Assembly: GCA_017988335.1 (NCBI GenBank)
Contig: JAGNRZ010000001.1
Location: forward strand, 2,920-66,919
DNA length: 64,000 nt
Direction: 5' to 3'
From: Ferruginibacter sp.
Lineage (GTDB): Bacteria; Bacteroidota; Bacteroidia; Chitinophagales; Chitinophagaceae
The notes below the pieces were generated by a model. It was given only the letters and a program-made list of their open reading frames with translations. It searched no databases and was not told the origin of the DNA. This document shows positions 16,285 to 26,988 of the stretch, piece by piece. A program made the position numbers and the translations under genes. Each line of letters starts with the position of its first letter. The first letter of the stretch is position 1.

Positions 16285-16986
16285 ATGAAGTACTTAATTT
16301 TTATATCAACTCTTTTTTTATTTGCTTGCAGTAGTAATAAATCAACAAAGAATATTAAAGTGGCTGGAGAGGGCAAGGTAAGAGTAATGCCCAATCAAGT
16401 AATATTAACCATAAGTGTTGCGTTTGTAAAACCAAAAATGGTAGAGTCGGTAAAGCTTACTCAAGAAATCGTTGATAGCGTTTTACTTATTTTAAATGAG
16501 TTTGGCAACAAAAGTACCGATATAAAAACAAGCAGCATATCTGCAAATAAGCATTACGAATATATTGGCAACTCAGAAAAGTTTGCAGGTTATAGAGCAG
16601 AGCAAACTATTGATTTTGTTTTAAATGATATTTCAAAATTTACATCCCTTACTGGCAAATTACTAGAAACAAAAATTAACAGTATTTCTCAAATTCAATT
16701 TGCACATTCAAAAGCTGATAGCCTTTTTAGAGAAGCTGATTTGCTTGCGTATGACGATGCTCTAAAATCTGCTAATAAACTTTGTAGTAGAGCAAACGTA
16801 TCAATTGGCAAATTACTTTATGTATCAAACGTGGATGCAACAAATGCTTATGATGCTAACGGTTATTCAAGTGGAAACAGAATTGATACCTATTCTAAAG
16901 CGTATGGAGGAAGAGGTTTTAAAATTTCACCCGAAGTACTTGAGTTTAAACGCAACATATATTCTTGCTACGAAATAATTAATTAA
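16285..16986 (+). CDS. SIMPL-domain (DUF541) lipoprotein
   Basis: Lipobox LFLFACSS after the ATG at 16285 (the ORF-track start at 16249 is a TTG). ...GEGKVRVMPNQVILTISV... and the C-terminal ...ISPEVLEFKRNIYSCYEI are typical of the SIMPL fold. Confidence 0.8.
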   Translation: MKYLIFISTLFLFACSSNKSTKNIKVAGEGKVRVMPNQVILTISVAFVKPKMVESVKLTQEIVDSVLLILNEFGNKSTDIKTSSISANKHYEYIGNSEKFAGYRAEQTIDFVLNDISKFTSLTGKLLETKINSISQIQFAHSKADSLFREADLLAYDDALKSANKLCSRANVSIGKLLYVSNVDATNAYDANGYSSGNRIDTYSKAYGGRGFKISPEVLEFKRNIYSCYEIIN

Positions 16987-17011
16987 TTTTTATAAAATCA
17001 AACCACTTAAA

Positions 17012-18160
17012 ATGAAAAAGGATTTAAAACTAATAGCCTCGTTGGCCGTAATATTTTCAGTTTTTTTATCGGCTTATAGCCCATCTTCTACTACTAAAAA
17101 AACTAATAAACAACCCAAAATACAAGCTGCCATATTGCTTGATGTTAGCGGTAGTATGAGTGGCCTTATTGAGCAAGCAAAAGCACAATTATGGAATATG
17201 GTAACTACTATGGGTAAAGTAAAATGCAATACGGGCATTGACCCTACCATTGAAATTGCATTATATGAATATGGAAGAGATAATAATGATGTTGCCAAAG
17301 GATATATAAAACAACTAAGCGGTTTTACAAACGATTTAGACAGTTTGAGCAAAATATTATTTAGTCTTCGTACCAATGGTGGTTCCGAGTATTGTGGGCA
17401 TGTAATTAAAACATCGTTGGATGAATTGGCTTGGGATAACAATGCAGAAAGTTATAAAGTAATTTTTATTGCTGGCAATGAAGATTTTTTACAAGGCAAT
17501 ATTAAATATACAGAAGCTTGTGCTATTGCTAATCAAAAAGGGGTGATTGTAAATACTATTTATTGTGGCGATAGAATGCAAGGTATTAGAGAGCATTGGA
17601 ATTTGCTAGGCGAATGTGGTAATGGAAGTTTTACCAACATAAACCATAATGATAAAATTGATGATATACCAACTCCTTATGACAGTTTGTTAATTACGAT
17701 GAGCAGCAATTTAAATAACACTTATGTAGCATATAATTATACAGGTGCTGTTAAACTAAGAGGAATGGCCAGTGTAGACCAAGCTAATAATGAAATGAGC
17801 AAAAGTGCAGGTATAAAAAGAGCTAAAGTAAAAGCAAACAGCAAAGTGTATAACAATGCCACTTGGGATTTGGTAGATGCTAAAGAAAAAGATAAAAATG
17901 CTATTGCTAAATTAGACAGGGCAGCCTTACCTGATAGTTTAAAAAATAAAACAACCGAAGAGTTAGAAAAAATTGTTGATGAAAAAGCTAAACAACGCAG
18001 TGCTGCTCAAAAGCAAATAGAAGAATTAAATGCAAAAAGAGATGTTTATATAGCTACCGAAAGAGCAAAAAACGCCACCAAGGCTACTACAAATTTAGAA
18101 ACCGAAGTAGAAAAAATTATTAAAGAGCAAGTGAAACGTAGCAATATGACAATACAATAA
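17012..18160 (+). CDS. von Willebrand factor type A (vWA) domain protein with a C-terminal coiled coil
   Basis: Signal/lipoprotein-like N-terminus. MIDAS motif LLDVSGSMSG plus downstream GGSEY and AGNED elements. Lys/Glu-rich helical tail. Confidence 0.85.
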   Translation: MKKDLKLIASLAVIFSVFLSAYSPSSTTKKTNKQPKIQAAILLDVSGSMSGLIEQAKAQLWNMVTTMGKVKCNTGIDPTIEIALYEYGRDNNDVAKGYIKQLSGFTNDLDSLSKILFSLRTNGGSEYCGHVIKTSLDELAWDNNAESYKVIFIAGNEDFLQGNIKYTEACAIANQKGVIVNTIYCGDRMQGIREHWNLLGECGNGSFTNINHNDKIDDIPTPYDSLLITMSSNLNNTYVAYNYTGAVKLRGMASVDQANNEMSKSAGIKRAKVKANSKVYNNATWDLVDAKEKDKNAIAKLDRAALPDSLKNKTTEELEKIVDEKAKQRSAAQKQIEELNAKRDVYIATERAKNATKATTNLETEVEKIIKEQVKRSNMTIQ

Positions 18161-18172
18161 ATTGGTTTTTTG

Positions 18173-18214
18173 GACAGCCGTTAAGTACCGTACCGCTTAA
18201 TGGCTGTCTTTTTT
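18173..18214. terminator. Bidirectional terminator hairpin (13-bp stem with one G-U pair) followed by a T-run
   Basis: GACAGCCGTTAAG ... CTTAATGGCTGTC followed by TTTTTT. It overlaps the last codons of the convergent gene 18197-18568. Confidence 0.7.
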
Positions 18215-18568
18215 ATTAACGTTTACACTGCCTTTTATTTTGCCATTTACTAGGCTATTAAAAAAAGAAAGTAATGCACTAAATAACAAAGCTTGCCAAA
18301 AGGTATCTACACTAAAGCCATGTACAAAATGATCATCAATCATAATAATACAAGCATTAATTACAAATAAAAATAAACCTAGTGTAAATATTGTAGCAGG
18401 CAATGTAAACAAAATAAATAATGGCTTTACAAAAAAATCAAGCACAGATAATACTAAAGCTACCATAACAGCACTCCATACATCTTTAATTTCTACCCCA
18501 GGTAAAATATATGCTAATATAAAAGCATTAACAGAACACACTAATATTTTAAGCAACCAATTTTTCAT
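18197..18568 (-). CDS. Phage-holin-family-IV-like / DUF360 membrane protein
   Basis: 123 aa with 4 TM helices. YILPGVEI near the N-terminus is typical of PF04020. Confidence 0.75.
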   Translation of the reverse strand: MKNWLLKILVCSVNAFILAYILPGVEIKDVWSAVMVALVLSVLDFFVKPLFILFTLPATIFTLGLFLFVINACIIMIDDHFVHGFSVDTFWQALLFSALLSFFNSLVNGKIKGSVNVNKKDSH

Positions 18569-18597
18569 AACACTAATTTATCGAATTACACTAATTT

Positions 18598-19875
18598 TTA
18601 TATTACTACAAGCTCATAAAAATCTTTTGGATTTAAATATTTTACAGCCAATTCTTTTAACTCTTCTGCTGTTATTGTTTTTATAGTTTGTACCGATTTA
18701 TAAAAATAACTTTCATCTAAATTATTCAACAATAAATTTTTCCAACGCCCCATAATTTGAAAAGGTCCATCTAAATCTCCTAAAATGGTTCCTATTAAAT
18801 AATTTCTTACTAAGCCTAGTTCTTCCTCATTTATTAATTCGTTGCATAGCAATTGCATTTCTTTATACACTTCTTGTATGGTAGCTTCACACACATCTTT
18901 TCCTGCATCGGTAGTAATTAACCAAGCTGTAGAGCCAATATGGTTTTGCACATAACTATGTATGCCATAAGTGTAGCCTTTATCTTCTCTAATATTGCTC
19001 ATTAGTCGGCTACCAAAGTATCCGCCAAACAATGTGTTTAACACCATTACCTTCATAAAATCGGGGTGGTGGCGGTTTGGAAATTCTCTTGCAATACGTA
19101 TTGCCCCTTGTACACCATTAACATCATTAGTAACTCTATATTTTTTTTCTGTAGCCAATGTTCTAGTAGCACTTGGCAATTGATATGCAAATGATGTTAA
19201 AGATAATTGCCCAAAATTTTCATTTAGTAAATCAAAAATATCCGTAGGTAATTTGCCGCTTACAAATATTACGCAACTTCCATTTACATAATATTGATTA
19301 AAGAAGTCTTTCAATTGCTGCCGAGCAATAGCATCTATGTCTTCGGCATTAGTAACCCTACCATAAGGATGTGTATTGCCATATAAGTAAGAATCAATTA
19401 ATCTATTGGCTACAAAATCGCTTTTGGTTAAGTTAACGCTAAGTCGCTGTTTGCTGTTTTGTTTGTAAATATCAATTTCATCTTGATTAAAAACAGAGTC
19501 GGTAATCATTTCCCTAACAATAGGCAACAATGTTTTAAAATGCTTGCTTAAGCCAGATAAAGACACTACAGCTGTTTCGTTATAACAAGCTCTATTGCAA
19601 TAAGCTCCATAATACTCAAAACATTCATTTAGTTCAAATGCTGTTTTTGTACTTGTGCCATTTTTTAAAAGTGTATTAGTAGCGGCAGCAATTGCATTTG
19701 TGTTTTCAAAATTATTGCCTGCGGCAAATACCAATTCTACTTGTAACACATCTTGTGCTCCAGCATCAATAGCATATACTTTTACGCCGTTTGAAAGGGT
19801 ATAAAGTTGATAGGGTTTTAGTTTTAAATCAAACTCTACTGCGTCTTTAATGTTTGGGCTTATCGTTCTATCCAT
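18598..19875 (-). CDS. M16-family (pitrilysin/insulinase-like) peptidase, non-catalytic beta-type subunit
   Basis: M16 fold pattern and length, with no HxxEH motif. Directly downstream of the catalytic paralogue. Confidence 0.85.
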   Translation of the reverse strand: MDRTISPNIKDAVEFDLKLKPYQLYTLSNGVKVYAIDAGAQDVLQVELVFAAGNNFENTNAIAAATNTLLKNGTSTKTAFELNECFEYYGAYCNRACYNETAVVSLSGLSKHFKTLLPIVREMITDSVFNQDEIDIYKQNSKQRLSVNLTKSDFVANRLIDSYLYGNTHPYGRVTNAEDIDAIARQQLKDFFNQYYVNGSCVIFVSGKLPTDIFDLLNENFGQLSLTSFAYQLPSATRTLATEKKYRVTNDVNGVQGAIRIAREFPNRHHPDFMKVMVLNTLFGGYFGSRLMSNIREDKGYTYGIHSYVQNHIGSTAWLITTDAGKDVCEATIQEVYKEMQLLCNELINEEELGLVRNYLIGTILGDLDGPFQIMGRWKNLLLNNLDESYFYKSVQTIKTITAEELKELAVKYLNPKDFYELVVI

Positions 19876-19880
19876 TCGTT

Positions 19881-21116
19881 TTAATTGTTTGAATAATAAT
19901 ACAGCGTATTACTATTATTTTCATCAAATATTATTTTACTTTCTTCAATTATTTGTTGTGCAGTTACTGCTCTATACTTTTCCAATTCTGTATTAATTAA
20001 ATTAGCATCGCCTAGTAAAGAATACATAGCAAGGCTTGTGGCACGGCTCATAACACCCATATCTTCAAAAGCCATCATGCTTTCAGTTTTATTTTTAACC
20101 TTCTCTAATTCTTTATCCGTAACTCCTTGTTGTATTTTTTTTATTTCCTCATTAACAGCAGCTTCAGCTTCTTCCATTTTAATCCCTTTTACAAGCTTGC
20201 CTTCAATGGCAAGCAAACCAGCATCTGTACTACCAAAATGAAAACATTCTATATTGCTAAATAATTGTTTTTCTTTTACCAAGCTTTGGTACAATCTGGA
20301 AGATCCACCACCACTCATAATTTCTGTAATTAAATCAGCAACATAATATCTATCATCTAACCTTGGGTAAATATGCCAGCATTTATAAAAAGCATCTAAT
20401 GGCACATTAGCTTTTACTTCTAATTTACGGGCAGCCATTTGCTTGGGTTCTTGCGGTAAATTTCGTTGGTATTTTTCGCCAGATGGTATTGGACCAAACC
20501 ATTTTTCGGCTAATGTTTTTATTTGTTCGGTATTAACATTACCAGCAACAACCAAAATAGCATTGCAAGGTGTATAATGTTTAAAAAAGAAATTTTTAAC
20601 ATCTTCCAATGTTGCATCTTCTACATGTTTTAGCTCCTTACCAATAGTCATCCATTTGTAGGGATGTGTGGTGTAAGCTAGCTCCCTCATTTTATGCCAC
20701 ACATCGCCATAGGGTTTATTAATATAATGTTCCTTAAACTCTTCGCAAACTACTTTACGTTGCACCTCTAAACTTTTTTTACTAAAGGCAAGCGATAACA
20801 TTCTATCACTCTCTAACCAAAAAGCTGTTTCAATATTTTCGGCTGGCAATTGGCAATAATAGTTAGTTAAATCGTTTGTGGTAAAGGCATTGTTTTCGCC
20901 ACCAGCCTTTTGCAAAGGTTCATCATACTCAGGTATATTAATACTACCGCCAAACATTAAATGCTCAAACAAATGTGCAAAGCCAGTTTTTTCGGCACTT
21001 TCATCTTTTGCCCCCACATTATAAATAACATTAACCACCGCCATGGGTGTACTTTTATCTTGATGTACAATTACTTTTAAACCATTGGCTAGCGTAAAAC
21101 TATCAAAGTGTATCAT
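19881..21116 (-). CDS. M16-family zinc peptidase (catalytic, HxxEH)
   Basis: GFAHLFEHLMFGGS is the inverted zincin motif. ATG at 21116 (MIHFDSFTLANGLKV) is preferred over the upstream TTG at 21131. Confidence 0.88.
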   Translation of the reverse strand: MIHFDSFTLANGLKVIVHQDKSTPMAVVNVIYNVGAKDESAEKTGFAHLFEHLMFGGSINIPEYDEPLQKAGGENNAFTTNDLTNYYCQLPAENIETAFWLESDRMLSLAFSKKSLEVQRKVVCEEFKEHYINKPYGDVWHKMRELAYTTHPYKWMTIGKELKHVEDATLEDVKNFFFKHYTPCNAILVVAGNVNTEQIKTLAEKWFGPIPSGEKYQRNLPQEPKQMAARKLEVKANVPLDAFYKCWHIYPRLDDRYYVADLITEIMSGGGSSRLYQSLVKEKQLFSNIECFHFGSTDAGLLAIEGKLVKGIKMEEAEAAVNEEIKKIQQGVTDKELEKVKNKTESMMAFEDMGVMSRATSLAMYSLLGDANLINTELEKYRAVTAQQIIEESKIIFDENNSNTLYYYSNN

Positions 21117-21157
21117 GTGGCAAAGGTACAAATCCCATGTAAGTTTATAACGCCCAT

Positions 21158-22345
21158 TTATCTAATACTAATAGTATTAAGTTGTAGCAGCTTTATCAAT
21201 CCTTTTCTATCTATCAAAACCAGAATCTTAACATTAGACACTTGCAAAATATCTTTATAAGCCTGTATATTGTTCGATAAATTGTTGCCTACACCAATTA
21301 TTTGGTCACCAACTTCAAACCCAGCCTTTGCTGCAGGTGAAGTTGGTATAACATCTTCTACCATTATTGCTCCGTTTACATAATAAATACCCAAGCCTGT
21401 GTAGGCATAGTCAAAAGCTTCGTCAAAATTTTTATTAGGGCTTAAATGAATTTCTCTTGCAGCATAATTAATAATCATATTAAACCTTCGTAATAAATCA
21501 TTACCTATTAAACCGCCCAAATATGGATAGTTAATTACATTATACTCATCATCATAAATATAAGTGGGTACATTTCTAAATTTATAAGGTCCAATTTTAA
21601 ATTCTTTTATTACAGTAAGTTTCATCTGCGACTTTCCACTCATACCCTCTGCTTGTGTTAATACTGGTTTTCTTCTACTTAATAAAATACAGCTATCTTT
21701 TACAAATTTATCTGTAAGCAGCAAGTATAAGCCTGCTCCTGTATCAAAGTAATAATTGTAACCAATTTTTTTTCTGTCTTTCAAAGTACCCCATTGTATT
21801 GGCAATGCTGTAAAAATAGGGTTTAGCATAGCTCCCCCTTTTGGATAATCTATCTTGCCAATACTAAAAACATCAATAAAATTACTGTCGAAGTTAATTT
21901 TTATAATATATCTACTTAAAAAACTATACCCAATAATGCCATCAATTTTTTCGCCATATACACTACTTAGTACACTATAATCATTTATATGAAAATTAAG
22001 GTTTGGTACAGACAGACCTGGAAAATGAAGTGTTCTGTTAAATACAAAAGGTACTTTTCGTATGCCACCAATGCCTGTAATGGTGGTATCTGTAGCAGTA
22101 ACGGGTATATTAAATTCACTGCAAGTGGCACTATCTAACGAAATGCCTCCGCTACCTGTGTCTAAAATAAAATTCAACGTATCTTTTACATTATCAAATT
22201 TTGCATTAAGTATCATTACCCCGCCGCTATATTGTCTAAAGGGAAAACGGGTTATAAACTTAGCATCTGGCTGTGGTAGTATTTCCTGTGCATGGCAAAA
22301 AACGCCTGTAAATAATTGTAATATGATAAAATAAACAATCTTCAT
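21158..22345 (-). CDS. Secreted retropepsin-like aspartyl protease with a C-terminal PDZ domain
   Basis: Signal peptide. Two Asp-Thr-Gly motifs (ILDTGSGG and YFDTGAG). PDZ-like C-terminus (PAAKAGFEVGDQIIGVGN). Confidence 0.8.
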   Translation of the reverse strand: MKIVYFIILQLFTGVFCHAQEILPQPDAKFITRFPFRQYSGGVMILNAKFDNVKDTLNFILDTGSGGISLDSATCSEFNIPVTATDTTITGIGGIRKVPFVFNRTLHFPGLSVPNLNFHINDYSVLSSVYGEKIDGIIGYSFLSRYIIKINFDSNFIDVFSIGKIDYPKGGAMLNPIFTALPIQWGTLKDRKKIGYNYYFDTGAGLYLLLTDKFVKDSCILLSRRKPVLTQAEGMSGKSQMKLTVIKEFKIGPYKFRNVPTYIYDDEYNVINYPYLGGLIGNDLLRRFNMIINYAAREIHLSPNKNFDEAFDYAYTGLGIYYVNGAIMVEDVIPTSPAAKAGFEVGDQIIGVGNNLSNNIQAYKDILQVSNVKILVLIDRKGLIKLLQLNTISIR

Positions 22346-22411
22346 ATAGCAGTAGTGTGAATATACAACTAAGAGGATGTACTTTTGTTATGTATTACAT
22401 AAAAGGAAACC

Positions 22412-23536
22412 ATGGAATTACATAATTTATACCAAAAAGCACTGGCTTTTGAATTTTTAACTGTAGAAGAGGGAATGTTTTTGTTTGAAAATGCACCACT
22501 TACTGAGCTTATGTATGTGGCAAACGAATTGCGAAAAAAGCAAGTACCACATGGCAAAGTAACTTGGCAAATAGATAGAAATGTAAATACTACAAACGTA
22601 TGTATTGCCAATTGCAAGTTTTGTAATTTTTATCGCATTCCTGGGCATGCAGAGGCTTATATAACCGATATAGAAACCTACAAACAAAAAATTGAAGAAA
22701 CTATTAAGTATGGTGGCGATCAATTGTTATTGCAAGGTGGTCATCACCCAGAGTTAGGTTTATCTTTTTATGTAAACTTGTTTAAAGAATTAAAATCACT
22801 TTATCCTAATATAAAATTACATACACTTGGGCCACCAGAAATTGCACATATTACTAAATTAGAAAAAAGCACTCATCAAGAAGTATTAAAAGCTTTAAAA
22901 GAAGCTGGAATGGATAGCTTACCTGGTGCAGGTGCCGAAATTTTAACTGATAGAGTTCGTAGATTAATTAGCAAAGGAAAATGTGGTGCACAAGAGTGGT
23001 TAGATATAATGCATGAAGCACATAAACTATACATTACTACCAGTGCCACTATGATGTTTGGGCATGTAGAAACCCTGCAAGAACGTTTTGAACATTTGGT
23101 ACAATTAAGAGAAGTGCAAAGCCGTAAGCCTGCAGATGCTAAAGGTTTTTTAGCCTTTATTCCATGGACGTTTCAAGATGTAGATACACTATTAACTAGA
23201 ATACGTGGAGTACACAATTTAACCACTAGCGAAGAGTATATACGTATGATTGCTATTAGCAGAATAATGTTGCCTAATGTAAAAAACATACAAGCCAGTT
23301 GGCTTACTGTTGGTAAACAAGTAGCACAACTTTGTTTACAGGCAGGTGCAAATGATTTTGGTAGTATTATGATAGAAGAAAATGTAGTAAGTGCTGCTGG
23401 TGCTCCACACCGTTTTACAAGCACCACCATACAGCATGCTATTAAAGAAGCTGGTTTTGAACCACAACTACGTAATCAACAATATGAGTGGAGAGAAATA
23501 CCACAAAGCATTGTAGAACAACTTATAGATTATTAA
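22412..23536 (+). CDS. Radical SAM enzyme of the MqnC/MqnE/CofH family (futalosine-type menaquinone biosynthesis-like)
   Basis: CIANCKFCNF is a CxxxCxxC cluster motif. Length and the TIM-barrel-like pattern (GGDQLLLQGG, ATMMFGHVE) fit the family. Confidence 0.8.
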   Translation: MELHNLYQKALAFEFLTVEEGMFLFENAPLTELMYVANELRKKQVPHGKVTWQIDRNVNTTNVCIANCKFCNFYRIPGHAEAYITDIETYKQKIEETIKYGGDQLLLQGGHHPELGLSFYVNLFKELKSLYPNIKLHTLGPPEIAHITKLEKSTHQEVLKALKEAGMDSLPGAGAEILTDRVRRLISKGKCGAQEWLDIMHEAHKLYITTSATMMFGHVETLQERFEHLVQLREVQSRKPADAKGFLAFIPWTFQDVDTLLTRIRGVHNLTTSEEYIRMIAISRIMLPNVKNIQASWLTVGKQVAQLCLQAGANDFGSIMIEENVVSAAGAPHRFTSTTIQHAIKEAGFEPQLRNQQYEWREIPQSIVEQLIDY

Positions 23537-23537
23537 T

Positions 23538-23849
23538 ATGAAGAATAAAAAATTACTCCACCGTTTTAGAATGGTTGGTATTGCAGAAGGTATTTCCTTT
23601 TTAGTATTGCTTTTAATTGCCATGCCGTTGAAATATTTTTATAATCAACCATTGATGGTAAAATATGTAGGTTGGGCACATGGTGCATTATTTGTAGCCT
23701 ATATTTATTTTGCATTTAGTGTGTTTACTGCTTTTAAAAAACCTTTTTTATGGTTGGTAAAAGCTGGTATTGCGGCATTTTTACCTTTGGGTACTTTTAT
23801 TTTTGATAGAGAGTTGAAGAAAGAAGAATTGGCAATAGGCAATGGGTAA
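23538..23849 (+). CDS. DUF3817 small membrane protein
   Basis: Starts 2 nt after the preceding stop. RMVGIAEGISFLVLLLIAMPLKYF and 3 TM helices are characteristic. Confidence 0.75.
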   Translation: MKNKKLLHRFRMVGIAEGISFLVLLLIAMPLKYFYNQPLMVKYVGWAHGALFVAYIYFAFSVFTAFKKPFLWLVKAGIAAFLPLGTFIFDRELKKEELAIGNG

Positions 23850-23896
23850 TAGATAATAAGCAATGACAAATGGTTTATTAAAGTATTTCTTCCGTG

Positions 23897-23954
23897 TTTC
23901 TGTGGCAATTAAATTTGTGCAATAATTAATCCGTGTTAATCTGTGAAATCAGTG
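23897..23954. repeat. Array of five reverse-orientation CACAGATT-type units (TTTCTGTGG, AATTTGTG, AATCCGTG, AATCTGTG, AATCAGTG)
   Basis: Read directly in the intergenic region upstream of 23962. Confidence 0.6.
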
Positions 23955-23961
23955 AGCAACA

Positions 23962-25128
23962 ATGAGCAATCTTAAATCACAATTTTTATTAAGAGAAGAT
24001 ATTACTTTTTTAAACTTTGGCAGCTTTGGTGCATGTCCCAAGCCTGTGTTTGAAAGGTATCAACAATATCAATTAGAGCTTGAACAAGAGCCTGTACAAT
24101 TTATTACTAACACTGGCTTACAATACCTAAAACAATCAAGAGAGGCTTTAGGTAAATATATTAACTGCCATGCCGATGACGTGGTGTATGTTACTAATCC
24201 ATCTTACGCCGTAAATATTGTAGCCAAAAGTTTTAACCTACAAAAAGATGATGAAGTTTTAACTACCGATTTAGAATATGGAGCCTGCGATAGAACATGG
24301 AATTATTATTGCAAAAAAGTGGGGGCAAAATATGTTCGTCAGCCAATAACATTACCCATTACCAGTAAAGAAGATTTAGTTGAAGAATTTTTTAAAGGCT
24401 TAACCAGTAAAACAAAATTAATTTTTATAAGCCACCTTACTAGTAGCACAGGCTTACGTTTACCAATAGAGGAAATTTGTGCAATAGCTAAACAAAAAGG
24501 AATACTAACTTTTGTTGATGGTGCACATGCCCCTGGGCAATTGCCTTTGGATATTACAGCATTAAACGTAGATATTTACACAGGTGCTTGCCATAAGTGG
24601 ATGATGACACCAAAAGGCAGTAGTTTTTTATATGTTAAAAAAGAATACCAAAACTTATTTGACCCATTAGTAGTAAGCTGGGGTTATGAGAGTGCTGCAC
24701 CCTCTCACTCACAATTTTTAGATTACCACCAAACGCAAGGCACAAGGGATTTTTCTGCATTTTTATGCATACCTAATGCCATTGACTTTATGGAACAACA
24801 TAATTGGAATGAGGTACGTAAAAGCTGTAAAGAAATGGTACAACAAAATGCACAACGCTTTTGCCAACTGTTAAATGCAACACCTATTGCACCCGTTACC
24901 GATGATTTTATTTGTCAGCTTTACAGCATACCCATAAAAACAACCAAACCAGTACAACTACACGACCATCTATATGAAAAATACAAAATACAAATACCTG
25001 TAATGCCACACGGTGATAAAGTATATTTACGCTATAGTATAAATGGTTTTAATACACAACAAGATTTGGATAAGTTGTATGATGCGGTGAATGATATTTT
25101 AAAGGGTGGTGGATGGATTGAGGGGTAA
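23962..25128 (+). CDS. Class V aminotransferase / isopenicillin-N-epimerase-like PLP enzyme
   Basis: Fold-type I pattern with ...FVDGAHAPGQ... and the PLP-lysine context GACHKWMMTPKG. Confidence 0.85.
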   Translation: MSNLKSQFLLREDITFLNFGSFGACPKPVFERYQQYQLELEQEPVQFITNTGLQYLKQSREALGKYINCHADDVVYVTNPSYAVNIVAKSFNLQKDDEVLTTDLEYGACDRTWNYYCKKVGAKYVRQPITLPITSKEDLVEEFFKGLTSKTKLIFISHLTSSTGLRLPIEEICAIAKQKGILTFVDGAHAPGQLPLDITALNVDIYTGACHKWMMTPKGSSFLYVKKEYQNLFDPLVVSWGYESAAPSHSQFLDYHQTQGTRDFSAFLCIPNAIDFMEQHNWNEVRKSCKEMVQQNAQRFCQLLNATPIAPVTDDFICQLYSIPIKTTKPVQLHDHLYEKYKIQIPVMPHGDKVYLRYSINGFNTQQDLDKLYDAVNDILKGGGWIEG

Positions 25129-25161
25129 TAAATTTTTAGACTAGCTTCTAAAATATATACT

Positions 25162-26667
25162 CTACATCATCCCCAGTATTTCCTCCACCACATTTCGTTC
25201 GTTACTTAGCCTTGGTATTTTGTGTTGCCCACCTAGCTTTCCTTTGCTACGCAGCCATGCAGCAAATATTCCTTTTTTTGCGACATGTACTATTGGCATA
25301 CGCAAGGCAATATCTTTATGTCGTTTTGCTTCGTAATCGCTATTAATATTTTTTAATGCAGTATCTAACTCAACCGTAAATTGTTGCAAATTTTGCGGTG
25401 GTGTATCAAACTCAACTAACCATTCATGTGTGCCATTGCTACCTTCGCTAAAGTAAACTGGGGCTGCTGTATAATCGTTTACTACCGCATTTGTTTTTGT
25501 AGCAGCTATGGCTATAGCTTTATCGCTATTATCTACCATTACCTCTTCGCCAAAGGCATTCATATAATGCTTTAACCTACCTGTTACTTTTATTTTGTAA
25601 GGATTAATGCTAGTAAACTTTATAGTGTCGCCTATAATATAACGCCAAAGCCCACCTGTAGTGCTTATAACTAATGCATAGTTTTTTTGGAGTTGCACAT
25701 TTTTTAGGCCTACTGTTTGCGGATTGGTTTTTCCATATTCTTCAACAGGCATAAATTCATAAAAAATACCATGCTCTGTGAATAGCAACATACCATCATC
25801 ATTGGGGGCTTGTTGCCCTGCAATAAAACCTTCGCTGGCATTGTATATTTCTAAATAGTTGATGGGCTTACCTATTATTTTATCAAACTGTTCTTTATAA
25901 GGCACAAAAGATACGCCTCCGTTTATGTATAATTCTAAATTAGGCCAAATTTCTTTTATGGTAGTCTTTCCTTTTATTTCGAGTATGCGTTTTAATAATA
26001 ACAGCGTCCAAGTAGGTACACCTGCAAGCGATGTTACATTTTCGTTGGCAGTAATTTGTGCAAGTTGCTCTATTTTATTTTCCCACTCATCTAGCAATGC
26101 CACACTTAACTCTGGCGTACGTATCCATTGCCCCCAAAACGGTGAGTTTTGCATAAGTATGGCACTTAAATCGCCAAATTGTATATCATCATTTACTTTA
26201 CTTATTTGATGGCTGCCACCTACTACAAGCCCCTTGCCAGTAAGTAAGTTACTACTAGGAAAAAACTTATAATAATTGCTTAGTACATCTTTACTTGCTT
26301 TAAAATGATTTTCCTGTAAGCTCTCGTCGCTTATAGGGATGAATTTACTTTTTTCGGCACTGGTACCACTGCTTTTAGCAAACCAATATACAGGGGTATC
26401 CCATAAAATATTTTCTTCGCCTTGCATCATTCGGTTGATGTATGGCTGCACATCATTATACTCTTGAATGGGTACTTTTTGCTTAAACTCTTTTAAGCTA
26501 AATAATTTATTAAAACCATATTTTTTGCCAAACTCGGTGTATTGTGCCCTTGTTACCAAATCTTGCAATACTTCTCTTTGAGCAGCCACTGGATGGTTGC
26601 TCCAATTATCAATACGCCAAAGCCGCATTCGGGCTAATTTAGATATGGTGGAGGAGAGAAGATTCAT
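25162..26667 (-). CDS. GH3 (auxin-responsive promoter) family adenylating enzyme
   Basis: N-terminal ...QREVLQDLVTRAQYTEFGKKYGF..., FAKSSGTS (AMP-binding P-loop-like) and the C-terminal ...GGQHKIPRL are typical of bacterial GH3 proteins. Confidence 0.85.
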   Translation of the reverse strand: MNLLSSTISKLARMRLWRIDNWSNHPVAAQREVLQDLVTRAQYTEFGKKYGFNKLFSLKEFKQKVPIQEYNDVQPYINRMMQGEENILWDTPVYWFAKSSGTSAEKSKFIPISDESLQENHFKASKDVLSNYYKFFPSSNLLTGKGLVVGGSHQISKVNDDIQFGDLSAILMQNSPFWGQWIRTPELSVALLDEWENKIEQLAQITANENVTSLAGVPTWTLLLLKRILEIKGKTTIKEIWPNLELYINGGVSFVPYKEQFDKIIGKPINYLEIYNASEGFIAGQQAPNDDGMLLFTEHGIFYEFMPVEEYGKTNPQTVGLKNVQLQKNYALVISTTGGLWRYIIGDTIKFTSINPYKIKVTGRLKHYMNAFGEEVMVDNSDKAIAIAATKTNAVVNDYTAAPVYFSEGSNGTHEWLVEFDTPPQNLQQFTVELDTALKNINSDYEAKRHKDIALRMPIVHVAKKGIFAAWLRSKGKLGGQHKIPRLSNERNVVEEILGMM

Positions 26668-26685
26668 TTTGTAGCAAAATAAAGA

Positions 26686-26988
26686 TTATTTTAATCTTCT
26701 TTTAATATATCTAATAGATCTTTTGTGATGTATAACGGCTATAATTTTAATAGTATTTTTATCTATCATATAAAGTATTTTGTAGGGAAAGATAGATAGA
26801 TTCTTTTTTCGAACAATTTTGTGATAACGATAAAAATTATTTTGTAAAGGATTTTTTTGGATATGCTTTAATGATTTGTTTAAATCATCATAAAATTTAA
26901 AATCTAAACCAACAAGTTGTTTATGATACCATTTTGTAGCTTTCTGTATATCTTCTTCGGCATTAAAAGATAATAGTATAGTGTACAT
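26686..26988 (-). CDS. Type II toxin, RelE/ParE superfamily
   Basis: 100 aa. The pattern ...FPYKILYMIDKNTIKIIAVIHHKRS is typical of ParE/RelE. Its ATG abuts the antitoxin stop (TAAATG). Confidence 0.8.
   Translation of the reverse strand: MYTILLSFNAEEDIQKATKWYHKQLVGLDFKFYDDLNKSLKHIQKNPLQNNFYRYHKIVRKKNLSIFPYKILYMIDKNTIKIIAVIHHKRSIRYIKRRLK

Noticed and set aside
25162-26667. GH3 'auxin-responsive' gene as a sign of plant DNA or recent eukaryotic transfer
   Set aside because: Its composition and gene packing are the same as its neighbours, and bacterial GH3-family genes are well known. Nothing in the sequence indicates a foreign origin.
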